A DNA stretch of 62,405 bases, filler included, from Choristocarpus tenellus KU-1152 (lineage: Eukaryota; Protista; Phaeophyceae), in NCBI GenBank assembly GCA_964200185.2. It is 12 parts of 12 records of this genome, joined end to end, with 100 filler letters (N's around TTAATTAATTAA, not from the genome) between each part and the next. Parts side by side here need not be neighbours in the genome. Positions count along the whole stretch, not along the records: positions 26,535 to 30,772 come from CAXNAD020015544.1; positions 30,873 to 34,428 come from CAXNAD020019291.1; positions 34,529 to 42,308 come from CAXNAD020005588.1; 9 more parts are not named here. One strand, written 5' to 3'. Positions 26,558 through 39,662 of this stretch are shown piece after piece. The position numbers and the translations under genes are program-made. The stretch's first letter is position 1. Each line of letters begins with the position of its first letter. The notes under the pieces were generated by a model that was not told where the DNA came from, ran no database searches, and saw nothing but the letters and a program-made list of their open reading frames with translations.

Positions 26558-27802
26558 AAAAAAATGCCAGATGGTTGGGTCCCTCCATATCCTATCCTGT
26601 TTGCAGTAAATTGGCCCCTGTCCAATGTGCGCTCCAAAACTTTGACGTGAGTGTGAGAGAAGGACCCCCGCCAGAAGGGTCCACATCCTCATGTGACTTA
26701 AGCAAGGACGGGGGGTCGGTGGAGTCCTCTTCAATGGAGGGTGTGGAGGCAACAAGGGGTTCCGGGCTAGTACCAAACCCAGGATCGAGGAACCGACAGC
26801 ACTTACGGAGGGCTGCTCAGAAGGACTTGAAGTTGGAAGCGGGGCCAAGGAAAAAAAGTAGGATGGACGACAACATTATTGGTGCCCTCATATCCACATT
26901 GGATAATGCGTGAGGCTGGGCCAGATTATCGGTGGTGCTGGGATAATGTTGGGAAGTGATAGGACAGTGGTGAAGGAGGGATTGAGGGATTTGGAGTCAG
27001 ACAGTGGCGAAAGGGTGGTTGACTTGGGTGGGGGCTTTGGGGACAGGCAGCAGTAGTAGGGGGATAGACTAGGGGAATCAGTTGTGGCAACACAGCTGTC
27101 AGTTTAGTGTCCAGTAGTCTTTGACAGTGGTCCCGTGCACATAGGTGTAACATCACACTGGACGACATTGGCAAATCTTTGTTTATATTTGAGGTAATTT
27201 TTTATTGAGTGGAAATTATTTTTTTGTCAAGTCCTCTGATCTTGAGGTTCTGATGCACTAACCAAACAAAGCTGTCAACCCTGATCTTGTATCATGACCT
27301 TGAGCAAAGTTAAAGTAACAATAATGATCCCAGCGCTCTTCAGAAGGTTGAATAGGGTATATTATCATCCACTGCTCAGAACAAAGTGAGCTGCTCTTGT
27401 CCATGAGGACAATCTTTACCTAACTTCATTGTCACAATCAGTGGCAATTAATTCTCCCTCTTGACTGTGGACTTTCAACCACTCTCTATATTGTACTGAC
27501 AAATGACTCTTTGTTCTGTATTGCTTCTTCCTTCCTTCTTGTATGCACTTCACAAAAGTACAATACCAATTGTACCGTTACCAATCACATAAAGTGCCAA
27601 CAGCGCAAAACGCAAACCATTGTTCGACAATCAAGATTCCATCATCAAGACCTCATCCAAACAACCTCTCCGTTTTCTTCCTTGTGCTTGTAGTGTGCTG
27701 TAAGCTTCTTCCTAAGCTCATCAAATCCCACCTCCCTCTCCAAATACTCTTCAGATCCCCTCCCCCCTGGTATCTTGGCACGCCCATCCTCTTGAAATCA
27801 GT

Positions 27803-28459
27803 TTAAGTGTCACTGTAGAAGGCATCATGCAGACCAGCATCCCCTGTCCAGTCAGTGTTGCCCTCCAACTCTCCGAGGCCATCATACGAATGAAGCATGT
27901 TTGGCAACATGTACAAGGTGGAAAATATGTTATCTATCTTCCTCCTGTGCGAATATAGTAGTGGCAGGTTGAGGATTCTGAAGCGGCCCTTGACTCTGCC
28001 AAAAAAGCACTCTACATCCTTGCATAGACTCTCCACTCGTTCGCTCCACCTTGCCTGCGCCTGCGTGACAGATGCCTTGAAGAGGCATATTGTGCACCTC
28101 CACTGCAAATGCAAAGACCGCGTTTGGGCAAAGTTCTGTGGACATGCTAGTTTCATGAGCACTCATTTTTACAGGAGCAATAAATATCATAGGCGTGACC
28201 CTACTGTCACGTATTCCCCGTCATCTTGTGGTAGCCCCCATCGACAAGGACATAGGCTCCATACCCGTGGTAATAGTTCCTGTCGGTCCTCCTCAAGGTT
28301 ATATTCCAGCTGTCTGTACGTGGAGCTAGCCCTAAGTTTCTGGATAGCACCATCATATCGAATGATCATCTTGCTGTTTTTGGCTCTAAGAAATCTAGCA
28401 GTCACTCCCCGTGCAAATCCAGCATGGTCAACAGTCACTTCATAGGCGACTGTCGCATA
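27803..28459 (-). mobile_element. PIF/Harbinger-like DDE transposase remnant (C-terminal half, frameshifted)
   Basis: YATVAYEVTVDH...AKNSKMIIRYD (degenerate xNDKT) and WSERVESLCKDVECFFGRVKGRFRIL...MLPNML match the ExxRKDVExxFGxLKxRFxIL...LHN pattern of the family. Confidence 0.85.
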
Positions 28460-28635
28460 TGTCAAATGACCTAGTGTTATATTTACGTTATCTGTGCTGA
28501 TACAAGTATATAACATAGGTTTCATGCACGTTCCTACTTTGTGTTATACTGAACTAAAGATAAACGTACATGAAACCTATGTTATATGCTTTTATCCGCA
28601 CAGATAACGTAAGGATAACAGTAGGTTATTTGACA
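28460..28635 (-). mobile_element. Putative 3' LTR of a Copia element (176 bp, TG..CA, palindromic)
   Basis: Starts immediately after the polypurine tract AAGGGGAGGA (28645-28636, minus strand) and ends exactly at the junction with the transposase remnant. 73-bp inverted arms, 65/73 matching. Confidence 0.8.
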
Positions 28636-30772
28636 TCCTCCCCTTGCTGAAAACAAGTATTAACTCTCAAATAATCACAGAACAAAAAACAAATCAACAC
28701 ACATGTTACCTCACATGTTTATCAAAAACTTCACATGCTGTCTAAAAACTCGAACTGGCAAATTCTTGGTCAATACATCTCTATCTGCCCTCTAATTTGT
28801 AGTATCAACAAAAACAACATGAACCTCTCCTTTTCTAGATAAATCCCTCAGAAAATGATGTCGGACATCAAAGTGCTTTGTTCTAGTAGAGCTTGTGGCA
28901 TTTCGTACTAGTTTGCATGCACCATCGTTGTCCTCAAACATGTCAATGCAACGCCTAGGAAACTGTGACTGAATAAACTCAAAAACGCTTTGCAAGAAAA
29001 TTAATTCCTGTGCCACACTGCTGAGAGCTATGTATTCACTCTCTGTGGAAGGCAGAACTACAACTCTTTGTACCTTTTTGGCATCCAAGATATTGCTCCT
29101 CCTGAAAACATTATTGCTCCTCCAGTCACTGATCTACGACCATTCCAGTCTCCAGCATAACTAGCATCAGCATACGCACTCAACTCACACTTAGTATCAA
29201 AACCACCAAAACTCAATCCAACACTGGGGGACACGTATTCAAATATGCTGAAATACATTTCACTGCACGCCAATGTTTGACTTTGGGATTGCTACTGTAC
29301 TTGGCAACTTCACGAACTGCATTTGCAGCCATAAAAGATGACCACATCAAACTACAAACTGTCTCTCTGTACAGTGTATTTTCATCAACACTTGGATGAT
29401 CCTCACTCTTGTCAAAAGTCCTTGAGAGATCATGGGGTACCAGCCTCTTCTTTGCCCCATCCATACCAAATATTTGACAATATATATATATATGTATATA
29501 TTCTGTTTTCTGCTCTAATGAAAATTCAGCTTCATATTCCTATCCTGCAATTCCAGGTCTGGAATTAATGTAAAAACCACTCTTCAACGTCCAGGCCATG
29601 TCGTCAGGGCAAAGATATTACAGAAAATCTAAATCCTTTGTCTCATGAAAACCCAGTTGCTACTAGATATGCCTTGCATCACACTACCTTACCAAATTCT
29701 TTGCACTTGTGCTAATGAATCTATTTTGGTATAAATTGCCTGCGTCCAGGAAGTAACACGGCCTCCACTCAACTGTCATTGAAACAATAAACAAGGCATC
29801 TCTTCTGCTCTAGTTCGATCCTATAAATCGTATTCAGGAGAACTATGTGCTGCTATTACAGCCTTGGATTCTAGAGGGAATTCATCCACTAACACTCTAA
29901 TAGACTTTTCACTCACACAAATCACAAGGGTAGCCTCAATGGAAAACAGACGAAAAATATCAAACAATGGAACTCTTACCAAATAAAACAGCAGAAAAAT
30001 CAAAGAAGCTTGCACAATGGTGACCTCAGCATCCGGTATCCACTTCCTGGACTCTGACCAATCTAGACCTTCATCCATAACAATAAATGTCTCTCTCACA
30101 TTTTCTTTGTCCTCTCGATCAGTCCAGTAGATACTATTCTCAACACCACCCAGCTCTTGGACTGAGGGTAGATATGATGTGTCCTCTAGTCCTTGGGAGA
30201 TGTGAAGGGAAGTATGCAGATAACAACAAATAGAACACCTTAACTATCTCGTCCTCATCCTTCAAGCAGAGCGTTAGGATACAAGATTGCATGCTATATT
30301 CGGGACAAGTGCAACATACGAATAAGTAACATACACCAACTCATCGCAGCCAAACATTGAATCTCCAATCAATCTTGCCATACCCCATAATGGGTAGTGA
30401 TGTGCCATCAGCCACAGTCTTTTTGCAGTCTTATGGACATGTGGTGAAGTCATAAATGTACTTTGGGTCCTTTGTCACATTATTGGAAGTCCCCAAGTTA
30501 AAACACCATGTTTCGAAAGCATTCGTTCTCACCTTGCCATTTTCAGTCACAGCGACTAACATGGTCTTTAAACTTCCTTCCTGTCCTAGCCGGTTGCTCT
30601 GATCCAGCTAGTTCTTTCGCCGACTCTAGCGGAGTCGCCCTTGTTGAACTATCCCACCCTGGACCCGCGGCTTTTAGATGGTGCTTTAATGAAAGACAAA
30701 GAACAGCTTGGTATAGATGAACAATGTTAATGTTACAAGGGCCTTTGTGGTCTCTACTCCGATGACTAAACG
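28636..30772 (-). mobile_element. Degenerate Ty1/Copia internal region (protease remnant, RT C-terminus, RNase H, PPT)
   Basis: AYADASYAGD...RRSVTGG...GGAISW; STESEYIALS; MFEDNDGA; RTKHFDVRHHFLRD; DVLTK. Degenerate protease WCFNLGTSNNVT near 30510-30475. Many frameshifts and deletions. Confidence 0.92.
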
Positions 30773-30872
30773 NNNNNNNNNNNNNNNNNNNNNNNNNNNN
30801 NNNNNNNNNNNNNNNNTTAATTAATTAANNNNNNNNNNNNNNNNNNNNNNNNNNNNNNNNNNNNNNNNNNNN

Positions 30873-30919
30873 GTGACCCCCAAATGGACGCGGCTCTACC
30901 CTCTAAGATACTTTGACTC
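30873..30919. mobile_element. MITE family X end fragment at contig edge
   Basis: CCCCAAATGGACGCGGCTCTACCCTCTAAGATACTTTGACTC. Confidence 0.85.
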
Positions 30920-31408
30920 CACAATCAGGGCTATACCATCCTCCAGGCACCACTGTCCTCAACAATTATCTTCCTGTTCTTTTGACCAGTTAGTGACCAG
31001 AAACTCGCCTAATCCTGCTGATGCCTACCACCTAACATAGTGTTGGGATCAACAAACTTCTTGAAGCACTTCGAATTGCAAGATTGTTGTCGACCCATCT
31101 CACCAAGATATACTCTAACCTTCCCGACCAACCCTGCCCGGGATGTGGGTAGAGTGTTGCCGACTTCGCATAGGTGCATATGTTGAAGGTTCAGACTGTC
31201 TCAGTTGTCCTGGTAGAGAGGCAAGATGCGCAAACAGTCAGGACTTCACATCTTGTGGATATTGATGCAAGGGTGGTATGCTAGGCCCAATGAGGTGCCG
31301 TGGTGGTGTGTTTGTTTATTATGTCCAAGGGGAAGTCCATGGGTGTAAAAAATGAATGTTATGAGAAGAGAGACCAAGAACCCTTGAACTATACTTAAGT
31401 ACTCAGAA

Positions 31409-31686
31409 ATATGTGTTAACATCTACTCCGGAGTATAATGTCGAGTAAACAATTCATTTAGTATATGTGTTAACATCTACTCCGGAGTATAATGTCGAGT
31501 AAACAATTCATTTAGTATACGTGTTAACATCTACTCCGGAGTATAATGTCGAGTAAACAATTCATTTAGTATATATATGTGTTAACATCTACTCCGGAGT
31601 ATAATGTCGAGTAAACAATTCATTTGGTATATATATGTGTTAACATCTACTCCGGAGTATAATGTCGAGTAAACAATTCATTTAGT
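31409..31686. repeat. Tandem repeat, five near-identical 54-58-bp units
   Basis: Unit ATATGTGTTAACATCTACTCCGGAGTATAATGTCGAGTAAACAATTCATTTAGT, with no unique spacers. Confidence 0.95.
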
Positions 31687-34564
31687 AGATAGGGATTTTT
31701 TAACAACTGGGCCCGGTCTTTTCGTCCCTGTACTGTGATCGTTATGGAAAGATAACAATTTTGTGTTGATTTAGGTAGCCTGGGGTTTATTTTGGAATAG
31801 AATCCGCACTATTTTATTGACTGTTTGGCATCGAGTAAGACTTTCACCATATGAGACCCCATAGTTGTTCATTAATCAAACGCTTTCGACAGAACTTGAA
31901 TCATGAATCAGACACGTCTGCTCACTTCCAGTATGTCCCACCTTCCTCATTTCAACTATTGTTATAATCTGAGCCACAACGGTATGGTGGAAGCGAACCG
32001 TGGTTTGGTAGGTACCATGATTTGTGGAGGTGGGGGAAGGGGACAAGAGAACAATTCCACTTGCTTGTGTACATGTTCTCTTTGACAGTGTTGCTGGGGT
32101 ACTGGCACGCTCAGTATACTTTTGTCTATGTATGTACCCATTGTTGTACCCCGTTTTTGTTTGTTGATTGTTCTGTAGTTTGTTCATAGGAGAGACATGT
32201 AACAACTTGGAAACAACGTTGGGAAATTATTTTTTATCAGGCTCTAGCAAATTTGAAGTTAGTGAGTGTGAAGCACAACCTATCCCTGGACTTTGGCGTA
32301 CCCATGCATGTGCCTTATTTAGTAAAGCACATGATTACGCCATGCAAGATCATGCCGAAGGACATTGTTCTGGGTGATTCGCTGTAAATGTTGATACTGC
32401 TATTTTGGGGTAATGATGAAGATTTATGATGACTCGTGAGAAATGTAGTTCCATATTTTTGCTAGGCTTACTGCTCCCATGACTTGACGAAACACACTTC
32501 CCCTCATTGAAGTTAGGCACGCTGCTGAGAACCGGGTTTTAGATTTTCTGTTGTTGGAGTTTTTTTTCGGTAGATGATATTTAGGAGCATTAACATTGGG
32601 TTTAGGATTACAGGTATGGTTTGCTTGAGTGTAGGTCGTTGAAGAAGTTGTTCCTGGCACGGAAAATGGTGGAGGATCGAGAGTGTTGACAAGGGGTCTG
32701 CGGTACATCGATTGATGATTTGAGTGAGGTTCAAGAGCTGTGTCAGAGAGTGTGCCTTTTTTGATGAAATTCTGCCAACTGGCGGCACCACACTGCACTT
32801 GCATACCTGGCATGATGCAAGTGTCACTACTGATGGGTGAAGTTGGCAGGAGATGGACTGACTCATCATATATTGAACCAAATGACCTCAACTTTAGTTA
32901 GCAAGGGCATGTCTTGAAACTACTGTGTAATAGGAAATGATGGCATGATGTGAGATTCAATGCAGTGCGTACCAATAATGATGTATGCTTGAAATATGTA
33001 CTAGAGGATTGATATAGTGGAGTCGTGTATATGTATATAAGAGTGCCATATTCCATCTCCTTCTAAGAGAGGTGACCGATGCCACGGTCAGGTCTACATT
33101 GACTACTATTTACTGGTTGATAGTGAGGTACTACCTGTACTAGAATTGCTACCACTACCACCACCAAGTACACTGACACCAGCACGCAGAATGTGATTTC
33201 TAGAAGCAATTCCTCTTTTTCTTCTCCCTCTTCTATTGAAGTTGCCGTCGTTGTCAGCATTAATACTCCTAACTGTATATATAGTCATTGAGCTTCAGTT
33301 CATTATTGTTGCGTGGTACTACTAGTAGTGATGGCTCTTTGAATACTGACCATAACACTGATTATGGAGTAGATATAACAACAATAAACGGTGATGCTGA
33401 CACTGTGGTTGTAGAAAAGGATGGAGAATAGGAAGAACTACAAGTAAAACAGCATGGAAGAACTAGCAATGGCACTACCAGTAGGAGTAGCAGTAGTACT
33501 GAACGGCTGTAATGGCGAAGGGATGCACAATACCAAAGCCCTCACTGTCGCTGTACCAATACAACATGATAACAACAACAGTCACCACTCGGACACAATA
33601 ACAAAAATAAATAACACCCCCTCACCGAAATCCAGCCCACTACCATATCACAGTATTACATCCTACCTCACTCCACATATGTTGCTTCCATGACAACGAA
33701 GGGCCACCCAACCTAATCGTTACGGTTTGAATCTGGCGGTACATTTCAAGAGGGTGGAAGCGACATCTTCGAAGCAGAGGAGTTCTCGTTTTTATACTAT
33801 CCGTTATTGTCGCACCCTAGTGATAGTAGAAACATGCTAGCATTTGTGAATTGCCATACCTACATTGTATTTTCAACTTCCGTAACCTAGAGTAGACCAG
33901 TTACCGTTGTTGGGTTCTATAAACCATCAAGTATATATCAACAGTGGGTTGAAAGTCATTTCAACAAAAGTCCGAAATAATGAGTACAGGTATGGTGGGC
34001 CGTATAGACAACTAGAGATGATAGGTGCAACTGCTACATCCTATATTCTGTTGGTTTGCTTTGAGTAGGACAACTGGAGCTCGCCACACCTCGTGGGTAG
34101 TCTCGTAGGTAGTGTTGCAGATGGCGTAAGTAGTATGAGACAGGCAGGTGCCTCTCTTGAATCTGCCATAGAGTAGACTTGCCCCCCAAAAGGAAAAAAA
34201 AACATCCATCATTGTCAGAGTTGTACGCGCATAAAAACATCCTTGACACAGACAGATGGAACAACAATGCAATCTGTCAACCAAAATCCAATCAACAAAC
34301 AAAATACCGGAGCAGGGCTCACAGTAGGAAGGCGTTTTGCCAGGCCACCACCAGTAGTGCTGTGGTCGGTCACTTGGTAGGTTTTGTGGCAACAGAATCC
34401 CCCCCCCCCGTCCCCCTCCCCCCTCAAANNNNNNNNNNNNNNNNNNNNNNNNNNNNNNNNNNNNNNNNNNNNTTAATTAATTAANNNNNNNNNNNNNNNN
34501 NNNNNNNNNNNNNNNNNNNNNNNNNNNNCCCCCTCCCCCCCCCCCCCCCCCACCCCGCCGCCTG

Positions 34565-34609
<45 letters not shown>

Positions 34610-34949
34610 GTGAGGGGATGTTCCACAACAGGCTGACTTGGTAACTCTTGAGAAGCAATAAACTTACTGTTCACTGTGTTGTACACACACACAAAAGTCA
34701 TTTAATTTCTCAGGCAATACCGTAACACTCGGTTGGTTCTAGTTCTACAAGGATAATTCCTTTTTTTTAATCTAGAAATATAAGGCTTGATGTTTAAAAT
34801 TGTTTTTTTTATATCTTTAGTGTGGAGAGATCTCTGACCCATGTCAAGAAAAATCAGAAGATTGCCAAGCCAACTACCTATCTATGAGAAAACTCAGTCT
34901 GTGTCTACAAAGTGCATCAGAATGTCACGATAAAAAATAATATATCTGG

Positions 34950-35413
34950 GTTCTTTGTACATACAGTTCAGGTACCATGTACATAAATTAAGGTTCTTTG
35001 TACATACAGTGTAGGTACTTGTACATACAGTTCAGGTACCATGTATATACAGTTCAGGTACCATGTACATACAATTAAGGTACTTTGTAAATACAGTTTA
35101 GGTATTTTGTACATACAGTTCAGGTACTTTCCACATACAATTCAGGTACTTTGTACACACAGTTCAGGTACTTTGTACATACAGTTAAGGTACCATGTAC
35201 ATACAGTTAAGGTACCATGTACATACAGTTAAGGTACCATGTACATACAGTTAAGGTACCATGTACATACAGTACAGGTACCATGTACATACAATTAAGG
35301 TACTTTGTAAATACAGTTTAGGTATTTTGTACATACAGTTCAGGTACTTTCCACATACAATTCAGGTACTTTGTACACACAGTACAGGTACTTTGTACAT
35401 ACAGTACAGGTAC
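34950..35413. repeat. Minisatellite, 22-bp unit (GTACATACAGTTMAGGTACYWT)
   Basis: About 21 degenerate tandem units with a higher-order duplication. Confidence 0.93.
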
Positions 35414-35851
35414 ACTAGGTTTTGCAAACCAACAACTCGCCAAAATTGTTTTTACTCAGAAGGTGCATTGTTGTCATTGAAAGTGACATTTTCTTCTTCA
35501 ATTTACTGCCTACACTTCAAACAAAACAAAAAACCACATTCAAACATTCAAACATACACAGCCTTGCCCCTGAAACTATACTGTCTGTACTATACTGTAA
35601 TAAATATTTCAATCCTATCATATATATATAATCACATTATTGTCCCCTCATCAAGGCATCAAAAGTGTAAGCTCAAGCCTGACAGATAAGGTCATACCCA
35701 CAAACACACACAAAATCTTGTATCTACTACACAGTATAAAAGCACTGGTACTGAGATGATGCACTGGCACTGACTCAGTAGATTGTTCTGGTACTGAGAA
35801 GATACACTGGTATTGGCTCAGTCGATGCACTGCTACCAACCAAGTACGAGT

Positions 35852-36144
35852 GCTGGTACTGAGTACAACTTACTGGTACCGAGTACAACTTACTGGTACC
35901 GAGTACAACATACTGGTACTGAGTACAACTTACTGGTACCGAGTACACCTTACTGGTACCGAGTACAACTTACTGGTACCGAGTACAACTTACTGATACC
36001 AAGTAGAACTTACTGGTACTGAGTACAACTTACTGGTACCAAGTAGAACTTACTGGTACTGAGTACAACTTACTGGTACCGAGTACAACTTACTGGTACC
36101 GAGTATAACTTACTGATACCAAGTACAACTTACTGGTACCAAGT
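35852..36144. repeat. Minisatellite, 20-bp unit (TACTGGTACCGAGTACAACT)
   Basis: About 14 tandem units. Confidence 0.95.
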
Positions 36145-36285
36145 AAAATATACATGCGTTGAGTGAATCTACTGATACTGAGCAAACACACCAGTACTAT
36201 GCAAATGAACCACACTAGTACCAACTAAAAAACTTGAACTGAGTAAAAGCATTCTTCGGTTCCGAAGTAGTACGAAAGTGCACAC

Positions 36286-39200
36286 CTTAGCAATAATGGC
36301 CTGTACCGCCAGTCCCTGCATTCCAGACAAGAACAACATAATCCCATGCAATTCCACCATCATCTCCAGCAGCGCGCGTGGTGCTGTCCGCTCTCTTTCC
36401 AACAAAAACGCCTGAGCACAGACGGCCGCTGCTTGAATGACCTGCAAGTTGAAGTTGAAGTTGAATTTGGGGTATTTGAAACAGTTGTACAGCAGTGAGA
36501 AAAGATGCACACACAAACACGCTCGGGAGGAGCATTAGCACAAACTCCAAAGGAAGACACAGTGGGAGTTAAGTAGTACAAAGTAGGACCGGATAATAAT
36601 AATAAATGATACAGCGTGGTGGACAGCCGGCGTGCTCACCACAAGTAAAATGGCCATGGGGACTGGGCTACTTCTCACGATGGATCAATCAGTTGCGACT
36701 GGCGCATCTTACTCACACATTACACTGCTATGCTGTTTTTTTTTTTTTATGGGACTATATATATATATATATATTGGCTTGGAGTTACACCACAGAGTGT
36801 CAAAATCGCTAAAATATAAAATTATCCATATTTATTAATAAAAAAAATAATAATGCAGCAGTGATAATAAAAAATATTGTCCATGGGACTTCATGCTCAA
36901 GAGTACATTGATGGCAAACAAAATAAAAACATAGTATGCTGCTATAGATGTAGAGTAATAATATTATTCCTAACGCACTTGTGTACGGTACTGCAGAACA
37001 GCATAAACTGGTTACAGTGTATCAATCTGTATGTAATAATAATAATAATAATATAATAGTTATAGCAAGTATTGTGAATAAGAAAATATATGAATATCTG
37101 ATAGGCACAGTTAGATACTCATGAGAACAAACTTCACCACCACGGCGATAGTGAGACCTCGAAACGAGGAAAATACCCACTATCTGCCAAGACAACACCT
37201 TGAGAAGGCACATTCATACTCTAGGGATGGATGGATGGGTTAGGGTTAGGTTTCATCTCCAACTGTCGAAAAAAAAAATCAAGGATCCAAAACTTTTATC
37301 AAAACCCACACCTCTGAAACTAGCAGGAACTTGCACCATCTCCTAGAAAGCCATCAACATTTGGAGTAAGGGAGTGGGTGGGTACGGGGGGAACGACAGT
37401 ATCAATACCTACCCCGTTCTACTCTTCTGGATACTGTGTTTCTCATCTTGATCTTCACTTTTGTTCATCAATTTCCGACCTTGCCCAGAAAAGAAACACT
37501 ACTGTTGTACCATGAACAGTTCTTTTTTTTTTTCTAATATCGACGACCACAGTGTCTCCATATACTGAACCGCCTCCAAATTGTCTAAACCCTACAACAT
37601 CACGCCAACAAGGAGTCAACCACAAATGTAATCAATCACTCACGCCATATCTGACACTCTTCTGACACTGAAGGCCACACTCACGACCATTGTGTAGTGG
37701 TGCTCTCATAGACGTACAGAGTAACCTCAAATGCCTTCTTCCTCCACCTGTTCCCTAACCCTAACCTCTAATTCTTATTACATTATGAACAATAAATACA
37801 AGTAAACAAACGCCTCCCCTTCCTCTGTAGAGCAGACGGTAGTTTAACAAAAAAATAAATCAGTATAGCAATGACATCTGGTACACTCCGAGGGATGGGA
37901 AAGACTGTCTATCTGATGTACTGAATTCATAGACGCCAACAACAATAGGAAAAACATGAATACATTTTTATTTATTTATTAGAAACAGTGTGTCCTCTCT
38001 GCATCAATGCAGACACTTACAGTAAAATGCAGACACCCTCATTGATATTTTCAGCACAAAAACAAAACAAAAGCAATAGCATAATAATAATAATAATAGT
38101 TGCAATAGTACTGAGGGAAGTACAATCCGTTGCATATAATAGTAATATTTTAGCCTCAGTTCTATTTTGCTCTGTAGATTCATTCACAACTGGCGAAAAT
38201 GATCTCCAAATCATAGGTATCTCTTGAAGTCTCGATTTAGAATGGCATGTTGGCTACAGCAACATTAATGGGAGGTCTAAGGTAGATTTTTGGTTGTTGT
38301 GGCAAAATCCGACCAGAGTCATCCCATTCGCAAACATGTGAGGTACAGTGCAACCATCCGCAACGCCAATAGCAGACGCAAAAAACCGCGATAAGCAAAG
38401 AGTGGTCAGCAATATAACACTTGTGAAAAAAATTGACGAAGAATTTTGAGCAGCACTCACGCAATTCTCACAGGTGTGAGGGCTTGTGCATCCTTTACCA
38501 GAACATCAGAAGGAGTAGGTCATTCTCCAATTCATATGTAGAAGTACCACCCATTGCCCACATTCCAAGATATATAATCTCATGTTAACGCTAACCCCCA
38601 CCTCCTATCCCCTATTTCATGTAAGCCCTCTGGATCAATTAATTCGTCAATATAAGACGTCGTAGAACTCACCTCCAAGGCAATTGCAACCTCTCGATAT
38701 CTATCTATTACAATGCTGTCTGATTTTCTTGCCCTCTTGCCCACCCCCTTCTCTTCGCGCTTTTTCATGGCACAACCATTTCTCGCTTGACAAACGTCTG
38801 CCTTTGATGTTGCTGCTGCCGAATCTCTTCGCCCACGGCCCTTGGTCTTCTGTCCTTCCGCCTCATCCCCTTTGTGCTCCTCCTCCCCACCATTACCAAT
38901 CTCTTTGCACGAGCTCCCATCGAGCACATTTTCCTCATTTTCGTTACACTCAGCTGCCTCTCCCTCGGCATTATCATCCTTAATACACAAGAGGGACATT
39001 TGGATATGGAGTGATAAGGTGGGGAGGACCAAGGGGAAGACATAGTTTGGTGCAGTTCTGGCGATTGGCTTATGCCACTGTCGATGTGGGTCGTGCTAAA
39101 TATTGGCTTACGAAAACTTGCTTTCTTCCTCATATAGTGTGCTCGCTGCACGCCAGAGTACAGGGTGTAGTGTATGGGAGGTGGATAATCCCTATGAGGT

Positions 39201-39662
39201 CATTGCAGGTAGGGACGGGAAGAGCGATATATCGCTGGGGCATAAAATTTCGTCATTACATAGAATGTAGCTTGCACAAGTAAACAGAAGAGGAATGCCC
39301 GGACGGCGCTGGTGTTTCCCAACCCACCTTGTCCAGGATAAGGAAACGGCAATCCTTCACGATGGGTCGCACGACATCAAGCAAACCCTTCCATAGCTTT
39401 TGGTATTCTCTCTTAGGCACGGTCTGAAAAAACTCGCGAAGATCGAAGTTGTCGTTCCTGCGGTGTTGCCAGAGATGTGAGTGGGTAAGGGCCTGGAGGC
39501 ACTCACATCAACTGCACCTAGGTTAAACGTACAAGGAATACAGCTACAGTCTCACCGTGTGGTGTGGCGTTCGACAGAGGAAAGAAAAGCGTCGTACTGT
39601 TCTCCAGATCCTTCCGCCTTGGCAGCATCTATTGCTGCATAGAAATCCTTGCGTCCAATCAT
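36286..39662 (-). CDS. NCAPG2: Condensin-2 complex subunit G2-like, 5' part; exons 39662-39556, 39457-39328, 38978-38673, 36441-36286
   Basis: Spliced MIGRKDFYAAI...NFDLREFFQTVPKREYQKLWKGL...APRALLEMMVELHGIMLFL...VQAIIAK resembles the recalled CAP-G2 N-terminus (RxxFxxA; FxLxExxxxxxxxxxxxLWxxL; ALLExxxxLxGI). GT-AG junctions with consistent phases. Confidence 0.75.

Noticed and set aside
31409-31686. CRISPR-like array with palindromic repeats
   Set aside because: Units are contiguous with no unique spacers, there are no cas genes, and the context is eukaryotic.
31876-32891. Minus-strand ORFs of 155 and 109 aa
   Set aside because: Separated by stops, with no recognisable motif or consistent splice structure; cannot be supported as a gene.
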